Below are positions 7,640 to 16,600 of a DNA stretch of 34,782 nucleotides, one piece after another. Below the pieces are notes generated by a model. It was not told the origin of the DNA. It saw nothing but the letters and a program-made list of their open reading frames with translations, and did not search any database. Position 1 is the stretch's first letter, and each line of letters begins with the position of its first letter. Source of the stretch: a virus (Duplodnaviria; Caudoviricetes); the IMG/VR virus record IMGVR_UViG_3300012953_000094, positions 1 through 34,782 of that record, one strand, 5' to 3'. A program made the position numbers and the translations under genes.

Positions 7640-10123
7640 ATGTCAGATTTTACTGAATCACAAACAAAAAATTTAGGTCAAGGTAAAACAAATAATTTAC
7701 CTGAGGATCCTTCTGGCACATATCCTAAAGCAGATTATATGTTTTTATCTAATGCTAATAAAGAAGCAAAAGGTGAAAGCAGAACGGATTTAAAACCAGC
7801 TGGTGCAGCCACTGAATTAAAAGATGCTCGAACAGATACTTTTGTAAATTCTATTTACGGATTAAACCAGGTTCAAAAATCTGTAACAGGACATAGTTTT
7901 GAAATAGATGATACTCCGGGCAATGAAAGAATTTTAATATATCATAATACAGGAGCGGGTGTAGAATTAAGACCAGATGGCGGTGTTACTATTAACTCTG
8001 TTACTAATAGAATAGATGTAACAGGAGGTGATCAAGTTACTTTAGTTGAAGGCGATGCGAATGTAATTTATAATGGTAATGTTACTATGAAGGTTAAAGG
8101 TGAATTTAATATAGATTGTCTTGATTTTAATATAACTACTAGAGGCAATAAAACCGAGAAAATATATGGAGCTGAGACAAAAACGGTATCAAAAGGATCA
8201 ACAAATACTATTATAGGTAATTTAACTAACATTATAACAGAAAGACAAACCGATGTTATATTAGGAAATCACTCACATAGTGTAAAAGGTGATATGGAAA
8301 ATAATGTTGGAAATGATATAGCTTTATATTCTGGTGGTAAAATGAATATGACTGCTAAGACATATTTAAATGCTTCAACGGATAACATGACATTGTCTGC
8401 TAATAATATGACTGTTCAGGGTGGATCAGGAACTATAGGTGGAACCGGAATGTTATTTTCTGGTAATGGAGCAAGGTTTGAAGAAGGTATTACATCACCA
8501 ACATTTACTGGTTCTTTACAAGGAACCGCTTTACAAGCCGTTACAGCTGATATTACTAATTCACAAACCTATGCTGAAAACGCACAGGGATCTGCATTAG
8601 GCTATGCAGTAACCGATGCTGGTACGCCAGCTATTACTAAACCTACTGCTGATAATGTTGCTGAGTATCTAACAAAACTACAAGGTGGTATTAGAAATGT
8701 TGCTATCGATGATGGTAATTTTATAAAGAATACATTAGATAAAACCTTTAGATATCAAGGTGTATCTAATATCAATATTGATACAGAAGCTGCTAGATCC
8801 AAATTAAGAAATCCAAATAATAGAAAAAACAATAAATTTATTAAAAGTTTATTAGAAGAAGATACTATTGATAAAACATATAATGATGCTCTTCCGCCTA
8901 CAATAGGTCGTGTATTAGATGGAGAATCTAGTACAATAATAGCGAGTAATACTTCCTCAGCTTTAAAACCAGAACAAGCCGTTGTTCATATACCTAGATA
9001 TACAATAGGATCTTTCCCACCTGAACCAAAATATAATCCATGGGTTCAAGAAGACATAACAATAAAAACACAATTGGGTCTTGGATATTCTTTATCAAAG
9101 TTTTTGGGAACTAATGACCCCACAAATATAAAACATATAAAAGATCTTAATAAAAGAAAAGAAATAGCTGCAGCCTTATATTTACAAACAATACCTTTAA
9201 AGAAAGTAAAAGATAACAAAACAGATTTTGCGGGAATATCTTTAGCTGTTACAGAAGGATTATACAGACCTGGACCTGATGAAGACATAGCTAAAGGTTC
9301 TATTGCGGATTTAAAAACACAAGGTAGAGCGGTTGTTTATAAAGCATTAGATCCTTATGGAAAAGAATCAAATGAAAGGTTATTTGATATTGCTGCTTAT
9401 TTAAAAGACACAGCTTACTTTGAAGAATTAATTTTATCTTATGATAGTTTAAAAAATGATATAGCACGTAGATCAATGATAACTGCTAGGTTAATTTTAG
9501 TAATGCCTAAACTAGGTTCTGATTATACAGGAATATTTAAAAGAGAAGTTCGTACCGAATACAACGGTAATAAATTATCTCAGGGTGAATTGGTTGAATG
9601 TAAATTACCTGAAAAATTAGAACCTATAAAAGAGGTTACATATTCAACTAATAATAGTGGTGCTCTTCTTATTTGGGCAATACCTAAAATAAATAGAAAA
9701 GTTAATCCTATATTAGTTCAAAAATTAGAAAGAATAGCAAAGAAATTTGGTAAACCTTTAACTATAACTAGTGGATATAGAGATCCAAAGAATCCTAATA
9801 CTAGAAACAAAGGCGCTGGGTATAGAAGTCAACATGTATTAGGAAATGCGGTTGATATAAGATCTAGAAATATGAATAATGGTGATAAAGCTCGATTAAT
9901 TCGTATAGCATGCGAAGAAGGTATAACAGGAATTGGCGTTTATACAAAAGAAGGAGCAACCTATTTTGGTAGAACCGTTCATTCAGAAGCAATACACTTC
10001 GATATAAGACCTGCTAAATCATGTTGGGGAGATAACCTTTCTAAAAGTAGTTTATGGTTTTATCCGTGGGCTTATCAGGTTCTAGCCGAAAAAGGTTTTC
10101 AAGTCGGTTCAAGAGAGCCATAA
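7640..10123 (+). CDS. gp5: gp5 C-terminal part (beta-helix spike) fused to peptidase M15 domain(s)
   Basis: DPSG.YP, SVTGHSFEIDDTPGNERILIYH.TG..VE..PDG followed by V.G/I.GN beta-helix repeats. The C-terminal PLTITSGYR...SQHVLGNAVDI...GIGVY...IHFD is an intact M15 Zn-peptidase motif set. Confidence 0.85.
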   Translation: MSDFTESQTKNLGQGKTNNLPEDPSGTYPKADYMFLSNANKEAKGESRTDLKPAGAATELKDARTDTFVNSIYGLNQVQKSVTGHSFEIDDTPGNERILIYHNTGAGVELRPDGGVTINSVTNRIDVTGGDQVTLVEGDANVIYNGNVTMKVKGEFNIDCLDFNITTRGNKTEKIYGAETKTVSKGSTNTIIGNLTNIITERQTDVILGNHSHSVKGDMENNVGNDIALYSGGKMNMTAKTYLNASTDNMTLSANNMTVQGGSGTIGGTGMLFSGNGARFEEGITSPTFTGSLQGTALQAVTADITNSQTYAENAQGSALGYAVTDAGTPAITKPTADNVAEYLTKLQGGIRNVAIDDGNFIKNTLDKTFRYQGVSNINIDTEAARSKLRNPNNRKNNKFIKSLLEEDTIDKTYNDALPPTIGRVLDGESSTIIASNTSSALKPEQAVVHIPRYTIGSFPPEPKYNPWVQEDITIKTQLGLGYSLSKFLGTNDPTNIKHIKDLNKRKEIAAALYLQTIPLKKVKDNKTDFAGISLAVTEGLYRPGPDEDIAKGSIADLKTQGRAVVYKALDPYGKESNERLFDIAAYLKDTAYFEELILSYDSLKNDIARRSMITARLILVMPKLGSDYTGIFKREVRTEYNGNKLSQGELVECKLPEKLEPIKEVTYSTNNSGALLIWAIPKINRKVNPILVQKLERIAKKFGKPLTITSGYRDPKNPNTRNKGAGYRSQHVLGNAVDIRSRNMNNGDKARLIRIACEEGITGIGVYTKEGATYFGRTVHSEAIHFDIRPAKSCWGDNLSKSSLWFYPWAYQVLAEKGFQVGSREP

Positions 10124-10126
10124 ATA
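10119..10126 (+). promoter_or_regulatory. Probable late promoter (CATAAATA) upstream of gp25
   Basis: 7/8 match overlapping the gp5 stop, followed by a GAGG RBS and the gp25 ATG at 10146. Confidence 0.5.
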
Positions 10127-10145
10127 ATGGTTAAAGAGGGCTAAA

Positions 10146-10592
10146 ATGGCAACGACTAGAGTATTCTCAACAGAAGATGGTAAACAAAATACTAGTACTA
10201 TTATTACTAGTAGATCTAAGGTTTTTAGAGATATAGATTTATCTTTTAATGCTAAACCTAACGGTGAGATTTATATTAAAAAAGATGCGGCTGCTGTAGT
10301 ACAATCCCTTAAAAATTTAATACAAACAAATTATTATGAAAAACCTTTTCAACCATTCTTTGGTGGTAATATACGGTCAATGTTATTTGAGTTAGCAGAT
10401 GATGATACTGAAGATGAATTGAGAGATCAGATTATCGATGCTATTAATGTATATGAACCAAGAGCACAATTGAGAAGGCTAGAGACAGAAGTAAATCACG
10501 AACGAAATGATTTGAATGTAACAATTGAATTCCAGGTTGTTAATACATCCGAACAAGTAACATTTACCACTATAATTTCAAGGTTAAGATAA
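10146..10592 (+). CDS. gp25: Baseplate wedge subunit / sheath initiator (T4 gp25-like)
   Basis: DIDLSF, D..AV.QSLKNL..T..YEKPF.P.FG..IR..LFE, YEPR and terminal RLR. Confidence 0.93.
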   Translation: MATTRVFSTEDGKQNTSTIITSRSKVFRDIDLSFNAKPNGEIYIKKDAAAVVQSLKNLIQTNYYEKPFQPFFGGNIRSMLFELADDDTEDELRDQIIDAINVYEPRAQLRRLETEVNHERNDLNVTIEFQVVNTSEQVTFTTIISRLR

Positions 10593-10593
10593 C

Positions 10594-12603
10594 ATGGCTA
10601 CAACAGTTAGATCAACAGCACTAGACTTTAATAATATAAAAAGTAATCTAAAAACCTTTTTAGAAAATAAAGAAGAGTTTAAAGATTATAACTTTGAGGC
10701 TTCAGGGCTCTCGAATATCCTTGATGTACTCGCGTATAACACGCATATAAACGGCCTAATAGCTAACTTCGCACTAAACGAGTCCTTTTTACCTACAGCT
10801 CAATTAAGATCTTCCGCAGTATCATTAGCAGAGGGTTTAGGTTATATTCCAAGTTCTGATACATCTTCTACTGCTGCGGTTCGTATTACTTTTAATTCAG
10901 CAGCATCTGGTAGAGATACAAAAGTTACTTTACCTGCATATACGAAATTTAATACTACTGTTGATGATATAAGTTATATTTTTCAAACGATAGAACCCTA
11001 TGAAGCAGAAGAATTAAGCACAACAGGATTTTATGAATTCAAAACAAAAGACGGTTTAAATAGAATTCCTTTACATGAAGGAACACTTAAATCAAAAACA
11101 TTTTTAGTAGGTGAATATCAAGACAATCCTGTTTATGTTATTCCGGATTCTACTTTAAATACAGAAACGGTTACGGTAAAAGTTTATAATAGCACAACAT
11201 CATCACAAAGCACTACATATCAAAACATAATAAAAGCAACAAGTATTAGTGCTAACTCTACAATTTATATTTTAAAAGAATCACCTAATGGTAATTTTGA
11301 ATTATCTTTTGGAGATGGGACAACATTTGGTATTGCTCCATCTGCAGGAAATAAAATTGAAATACAATATCTATCTGTTAAAGGTGAAGAAGCTAATGGA
11401 GCAAGTGCATTTACAGCTCAGTCTAATTTTAATTCAGGAACTATTAATTCTACATTAGATATAACAACTTGGTCAAATTCTGTAGGTGGTAAAGATAAAG
11501 AAAGTATAGAATCTATAAGACAAAATGCTCCTTTTTCTTATGCTACACAAAATAGAATGGTTACGGCTAAAGACTACTCATCTATAATATTAAAAAATTA
11601 TTCAAATTTAATTAGTGATATTATTTCATGGGGTGGTGAAGATAATGTATTAGCAGAATTCGGAGCAGTATATGTTTCTATATTGTTTGAAAATACTGTA
11701 ACACAAGATACTATTTCCTCTACTAAGCTTGCTATATTAGATTTAGCCGAACAATTAGCTGTCGTATCTTTTAATTTGCGTTTTGTAGATCCTGTTACAA
11801 CCTTTATCGAAGCAGATACATTCTTTCAATATAATCCAAGATTAACTGATTTAACAGTTAATGCTATATCTTCTAGTGTTAATACTACAGTTGCTAATTA
11901 CTTTGCTTCTAATACAGGTAAATTCGATCAATCTTTTAGACGATCAAACATGTTATCTTTAATAGATGAATCTTCAACCGCTATTTTATCTTCGCGGGCT
12001 AATATTAGAATGCAACAAAGAATAGTACCTTCCGTTCCTGATTTAATAACAACTATTAAATCATTATTAACAAGTCCCGGAACAGTAACAACTACTCAAT
12101 TAGATAAAATAGTTTCTATGGTAACTAAAAAAGCTTATAATGATGCAGCTACTTACATGCAAAATAATAGCTTATCCAGTAATAGTTTTACATATAATGT
12201 AAATAAATTAACACTTGCTGTTAATAAAATAAGTCAAATACTACAATTTCCTGCAGCTATAGCCGCAGCTGACAACGATGAATATATTATTACATCAACA
12301 CAATTTACATTTAATAATCAAATATGTTTAATAAAAAATCGTTTAAATTCGTCAACATTAGAAATATTAACCCAAGCAGGTGGTATAGTAGTTGTAGATA
12401 ATATAGGATCATATAATGCAATTGATGGCACAGTTACACTACAATACTTCAATCCAACTGCATTAAAGGCAGGCGAATCATTTATTAAAATATCTGCAGT
12501 GCCAGCTAATCAAAGTGCTTTAACACCTTATAGAAATGATAGGTTTGTTTATGATGCTAATAATTCTATAACAACACCTGTAGCAACGGATGTTACAAAT
12601 TAA
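10594..12603 (+). CDS. gp6: Baseplate wedge subunit (T4 gp6-like)
   Basis: LDF..IK.NLK.FL, FKDYNFE.SGLS.ILDVLAYNTH, NESFL.TAQLRSS.VS.A..LGY.P, FGDG, ESIESIR.NAP, QNR.VT..DY and WGGED. Confidence 0.95.
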   Translation: MATTVRSTALDFNNIKSNLKTFLENKEEFKDYNFEASGLSNILDVLAYNTHINGLIANFALNESFLPTAQLRSSAVSLAEGLGYIPSSDTSSTAAVRITFNSAASGRDTKVTLPAYTKFNTTVDDISYIFQTIEPYEAEELSTTGFYEFKTKDGLNRIPLHEGTLKSKTFLVGEYQDNPVYVIPDSTLNTETVTVKVYNSTTSSQSTTYQNIIKATSISANSTIYILKESPNGNFELSFGDGTTFGIAPSAGNKIEIQYLSVKGEEANGASAFTAQSNFNSGTINSTLDITTWSNSVGGKDKESIESIRQNAPFSYATQNRMVTAKDYSSIILKNYSNLISDIISWGGEDNVLAEFGAVYVSILFENTVTQDTISSTKLAILDLAEQLAVVSFNLRFVDPVTTFIEADTFFQYNPRLTDLTVNAISSSVNTTVANYFASNTGKFDQSFRRSNMLSLIDESSTAILSSRANIRMQQRIVPSVPDLITTIKSLLTSPGTVTTTQLDKIVSMVTKKAYNDAATYMQNNSLSSNSFTYNVNKLTLAVNKISQILQFPAAIAAADNDEYIITSTQFTFNNQICLIKNRLNSSTLEILTQAGGIVVVDNIGSYNAIDGTVTLQYFNPTALKAGESFIKISAVPANQSALTPYRNDRFVYDANNSITTPVATDVTN

Positions 12604-14144
12604 TGGATATAGAACACGATAAAACTAAATCGGATCTTAATAGACGATTATTAAATCTTCAAAGGGCTGAAATAAATAATGCCTTACCTGAATATTTTGA
12701 TCTTGAATTTCCAAAATTAAAAGCTTTATTTGAAGCTTATTATGAATATTTGGATTCCTCTGGCAATCCTGCAGGTCAAATTCATGATCTTTATGCTAGT
12801 AGAGATGCTACACAGGTTCCAGAAGAGTTATTAAAATATCTTGAAGATGAATTATTATTAGGACAAGCAACATTTGGTGGGTTTCAAAATAAAAGAGAAG
12901 CTTTAAAATTCTCTAATCAATTATATAGATCTAAAGGAACAAAGTATAGTGTTCAACAATTCTTTAGAGGATTCTATGGTGTTGATCCAACAATAATTTA
13001 TCCTAAAGAAAATATTTTTAGAGTAGGACCTTCTATAAATTGGGATCAAGATAGTATCAATACCTCAGGCCAACAAATAAAACAACCCGCATCACAATTA
13101 GGCCCGGAGTCTCAAAAATATATTACGGATGATGGTTTATATCAGGTTATGTCTATTTTAATAAAAAGTAGTATACCTGTTGAACAATGGAAGACAGCTT
13201 ATCAATTATTTGTACATCCTGCTGGCGCACATTTAGCTGCTCAGATAGTTTTAGAATTAGTTAATGGTAATGTAGTTCAAAGCTTACGAGAATCAGGACC
13301 AGGAACAGCTGCTCTATCAACGTTCCAAATAGAAACTATAGCTAATATGAATCTGTTGGGTTATACTGATCTTACTCTTCTACAAAAAGGTGATGGAACA
13401 GTTGGTATGATGAGAACCGATAGATTGAAAACAATGCAAGATCTTGAGAGTATATCTCTTGATAGTGCATCAGCGCATTCAATCCGTGGTCTAGTAACAC
13501 CAAACTCCCTAAGAATGTCAGACAGTGATGTTATTACATATACAGTAGCAGGAGATCCATCACAGTATAATAGCTATAGATATAATGATTCTGGTAATTC
13601 AGTTAGAAGATATAGCGCCATGTTTGGGGACGCACCTTATAGAGGGTCTAACGTTGGTATTCGTCAAATCAATCTAAGTAGTTCAATAGCACCTATTTTT
13701 TGGGTGGCTACTAATGGTATAGATCCAAGTTCCACAATTAATGGATTTCACAACATTGAAACCGATTATACAAATGCAGGATTTGATAGTTCAAAATTTG
13801 CTAATCCAGAACATGTAGTTGGTAAAGCAGTTACTGGCGCTAATAAAGTAACTAATTTACCAGGACTTATTATTATACATCCAGAAAAACCTAGATATGC
13901 ATTTAGAGTAGATAGTGATGTATACACTACATATGATACTACTCATCCAAATGCTCCATTTGGAACTTCTTCAGGAATGTCATTCCCATTAACATTAATG
14001 GTACAGAGCAGTAAGTCAGCAACATTTGATAGGGATTCTTCAGCTGATACATTAATGCCGACATTTGATGAGCATAGATATCAAACATTATTTGATTCTA
14101 CAGCAAATAGTGCAGATTCTGCTCATTATCCAACAGGACCTTAA
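12603..14144 (+). CDS. gp7: Baseplate wedge protein (gp7-like)
   Basis: Follows gp6 with a TAATG overlap. LPEYF..EFP.L..LFEAYYEYL, LYRSKGT..S...FFR..YG, YQ..S..IKS and VHPAG are typical gp7 motifs. The C-terminal half is unrecognised and DS-rich. Confidence 0.75.
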   Translation: MDIEHDKTKSDLNRRLLNLQRAEINNALPEYFDLEFPKLKALFEAYYEYLDSSGNPAGQIHDLYASRDATQVPEELLKYLEDELLLGQATFGGFQNKREALKFSNQLYRSKGTKYSVQQFFRGFYGVDPTIIYPKENIFRVGPSINWDQDSINTSGQQIKQPASQLGPESQKYITDDGLYQVMSILIKSSIPVEQWKTAYQLFVHPAGAHLAAQIVLELVNGNVVQSLRESGPGTAALSTFQIETIANMNLLGYTDLTLLQKGDGTVGMMRTDRLKTMQDLESISLDSASAHSIRGLVTPNSLRMSDSDVITYTVAGDPSQYNSYRYNDSGNSVRRYSAMFGDAPYRGSNVGIRQINLSSSIAPIFWVATNGIDPSSTINGFHNIETDYTNAGFDSSKFANPEHVVGKAVTGANKVTNLPGLIIIHPEKPRYAFRVDSDVYTTYDTTHPNAPFGTSSGMSFPLTLMVQSSKSATFDRDSSADTLMPTFDEHRYQTLFDSTANSADSAHYPTGP

Positions 14145-14154
14145 TTTAATCACG

Positions 14155-14162
14155 TATAAATA
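14155..14162 (+). promoter_or_regulatory. T4-type late promoter TATAAATA
   Basis: Perfect match in the 42-nt intergenic gap, 24 nt upstream of the ATG at 14187. Confidence 0.8.
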
Positions 14163-14186
14163 ATGTTAAGTAAAAAGAGATAAAAT

Positions 14187-15179
14187 ATGGCAAAACAAAC
14201 TATTAATACTGGCAGCTCAGCGAATGACGGAACAGGTGATACGTTAAGGCAAGCCGGTAATAAAATAAATCAAAACTTTACCGAAGTATATTCTTTATTT
14301 GGGAATAATGCTGCCGGTGTATCTGTTCTTACAGATAGTGGTATGGACTTTATAGGTTCTACTCATAGAACAAAGTTAGGTCATGTCAATCCAACCGCAG
14401 AAAGAAGTATTGATTTCCCTAATGCTACTGGAGAGGTGATAGTTACTTCCGCTACACAGACAATGACAAATAAAACATTAACAAGACCGATGCTTGATAG
14501 TGCTATATTTGATAGATTTAAAGTAAAAGATTTTGATTCATCACATAGTTATAATTTTGTACCAAGTAATCTTGCAGCGGATAGAAATGTTGTATTACCA
14601 TTATTAACAGGTCATGATACGTTAGTAATGGAAGCCCATACTCAAACATTAACTAATAAAACCTTAGCTCCTGACAATGTAGTTCACAGACCTAGAATCT
14701 GGGAATGGATAGCAGACTCCGCCGGCTTACCTATTATATCATTTACTACAACTCAACATTCACGTAATAGAATTAGAGTTGAAGGAAAAGGAACAGGAAT
14801 TAATCCTAAAATTTCTTTATTAGGAACTGATACTAATATTGGTTTAGATATTGAAACCGCGGGTGACAGAGCTGTTAATATATCTCTTTACGGTCACATG
14901 TCAGAATCTAAAACTGTTGGTGGAACAATTTCATTAACAAAAAGTCTTGTTATATTAACAGGGAATGCAGGAACAATAACTTTACCTGATGGTCAAGCGT
15001 CCGAACCAATAACAGTTACTATTATAAGACAAACTGGTACAGGAGATCAGGTTGTGGGCATAACTAGTTTTGGTCAAGGTTCAACAGGAGTTACATTACA
15101 ACAAAATGATACAGCTACATTAACTTGGGATGGTTCAAATTGGTATGTAACTGGTGGTTACGGTTACGCAGTATCTTAA
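14187..15179 (+). CDS. Baseplate wedge / tail-fibre connector (gp9/gp10-like N-terminus)
   Basis: MAKQTINTGSSANDGTGDTLR.AG.KIN.NFTEVY is the gp9/gp10 N-terminal motif. It has two TQT[ML]TNKTL fibre-type repeats and a C-terminal L.WDGSNWY beta-domain. Confidence 0.75.
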   Translation: MAKQTINTGSSANDGTGDTLRQAGNKINQNFTEVYSLFGNNAAGVSVLTDSGMDFIGSTHRTKLGHVNPTAERSIDFPNATGEVIVTSATQTMTNKTLTRPMLDSAIFDRFKVKDFDSSHSYNFVPSNLAADRNVVLPLLTGHDTLVMEAHTQTLTNKTLAPDNVVHRPRIWEWIADSAGLPIISFTTTQHSRNRIRVEGKGTGINPKISLLGTDTNIGLDIETAGDRAVNISLYGHMSESKTVGGTISLTKSLVILTGNAGTITLPDGQASEPITVTIIRQTGTGDQVVGITSFGQGSTGVTLQQNDTATLTWDGSNWYVTGGYGYAVS

Positions 15180-15191
15180 TAGGAAAAAATT

Positions 15192-16592
15192 ATGGCAGCA
15201 ATTATTACAGATAATATTAAAAGAACATTTTTAACTCAGCTATTTGATGAAGCAACCGGGACTAAACTCGGTGATTCTAATAATCAATATTACATAGCAG
15301 TAGGAAGATCACAGCAATGGGATCCTGTTGGAAATGCGGATACCGTTACAACACCTACGGTTACGACTCGAACAGAAAAATTATTTAGATATAATGTTCA
15401 ATCTGTTAAAGCAATAGAAGCATTTTCTCATGTTGTACCAACCAAAGATTGGACAAGTAATACTCAATATGCTATGTATAATGATAATACAGTAGGTCAT
15501 CCTACTACATCTTATTATGTAAAAACCAATGAAAATAATGTTTATGTATGTATTAGAACGGGTAAAGATGCAGCAGGTAATATTCAGGTATCAACAGTAA
15601 AGCCAACACATACTAATACAACATTACCAAAAGAAACAGATGGATATATTTGGAAATATATGTATACAATTTCTACAGCTGATACAAACTTCTTTTCTAC
15701 GTCAAATTATATGCCAGTTAAATTTATAGATTCAGCTGCTTCGACTGATGCCTATTTTGCACAATACGTCGTTCAAAATGCATCTACACCAGGACAAATA
15801 TTAGGTTATAGGGTTGTAACAGGAGGAACAGGTTATGATAGTTCAACAACATCTCTTTCAGTAATTGGAGATGGATCAGGAGCTAAATGTTATCCTATAG
15901 TAGGAGCTGGTGTTTTAACAGCTGTTGAGGTTGGAGAAAGTGCAGGAACAACCGATATAACATCTTTCTTAGGATCAGGTTATCATCAAGCTTCTATTAA
16001 AATAACTTCTCCAGGCGGAACCAATGCATCAATAGTTCCTATATTTGCTCATGATAGTAATGGATTAGGAGCTAACCCTATAAAAGATTTAAGATCAACC
16101 GCAATGATGTTTCATATTAAACCAGAAGGAAATGTGGGTGGTAAATGGATCTTAAAAAATGATTATAGGCAAATTGCTTTATGGAAAAACCCTTTAGTTG
16201 ATAGTGCATCAAAAGCAAAATTTATAGGTAACTCAGGCACGTGTTTAAGTCGAATGAGAACAACAGCAGTAATAGATGCCTCGTATGATTTTTCTAATGA
16301 TGCAGAAGTATCAGGTGATAGTAATGCCAAGGGCTGGATTGACTTTTGTGACAGTGATACAATTTGGTATCATCAAGATGAACAATCAGGATTTACTCCT
16401 TTTAGAAGTGGTGAAACAATTACATTAGAAGGTCTTGGCGGAACGAAAACTGTTAGGAATTATGATAATCTACATAATATTAGACCAGACATAAACAAAT
16501 TTTCTGGAGAATTATTCTTTATTAATAACGCTTCACAACAAACGCGTACATCAGCTAGTACTGATGATGTGAAACTAGTTATTCAACTTTGA
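15192..16592 (+). CDS. gp8: Baseplate wedge subunit (T4 gp8-like)
   Basis: MAAIITD, YYIAVGR...W, YYV.T...NVYVC, S..KPT, TDGYIWKYMYTI, YMPV, NDYRQI.L.KNP, SGE..FINN and DDVKLVIQL. Confidence 0.88.
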   Translation: MAAIITDNIKRTFLTQLFDEATGTKLGDSNNQYYIAVGRSQQWDPVGNADTVTTPTVTTRTEKLFRYNVQSVKAIEAFSHVVPTKDWTSNTQYAMYNDNTVGHPTTSYYVKTNENNVYVCIRTGKDAAGNIQVSTVKPTHTNTTLPKETDGYIWKYMYTISTADTNFFSTSNYMPVKFIDSAASTDAYFAQYVVQNASTPGQILGYRVVTGGTGYDSSTTSLSVIGDGSGAKCYPIVGAGVLTAVEVGESAGTTDITSFLGSGYHQASIKITSPGGTNASIVPIFAHDSNGLGANPIKDLRSTAMMFHIKPEGNVGGKWILKNDYRQIALWKNPLVDSASKAKFIGNSGTCLSRMRTTAVIDASYDFSNDAEVSGDSNAKGWIDFCDSDTIWYHQDEQSGFTPFRSGETITLEGLGGTKTVRNYDNLHNIRPDINKFSGELFFINNASQQTRTSASTDDVKLVIQL

Positions 16593-16600
16593 GGTAACCA

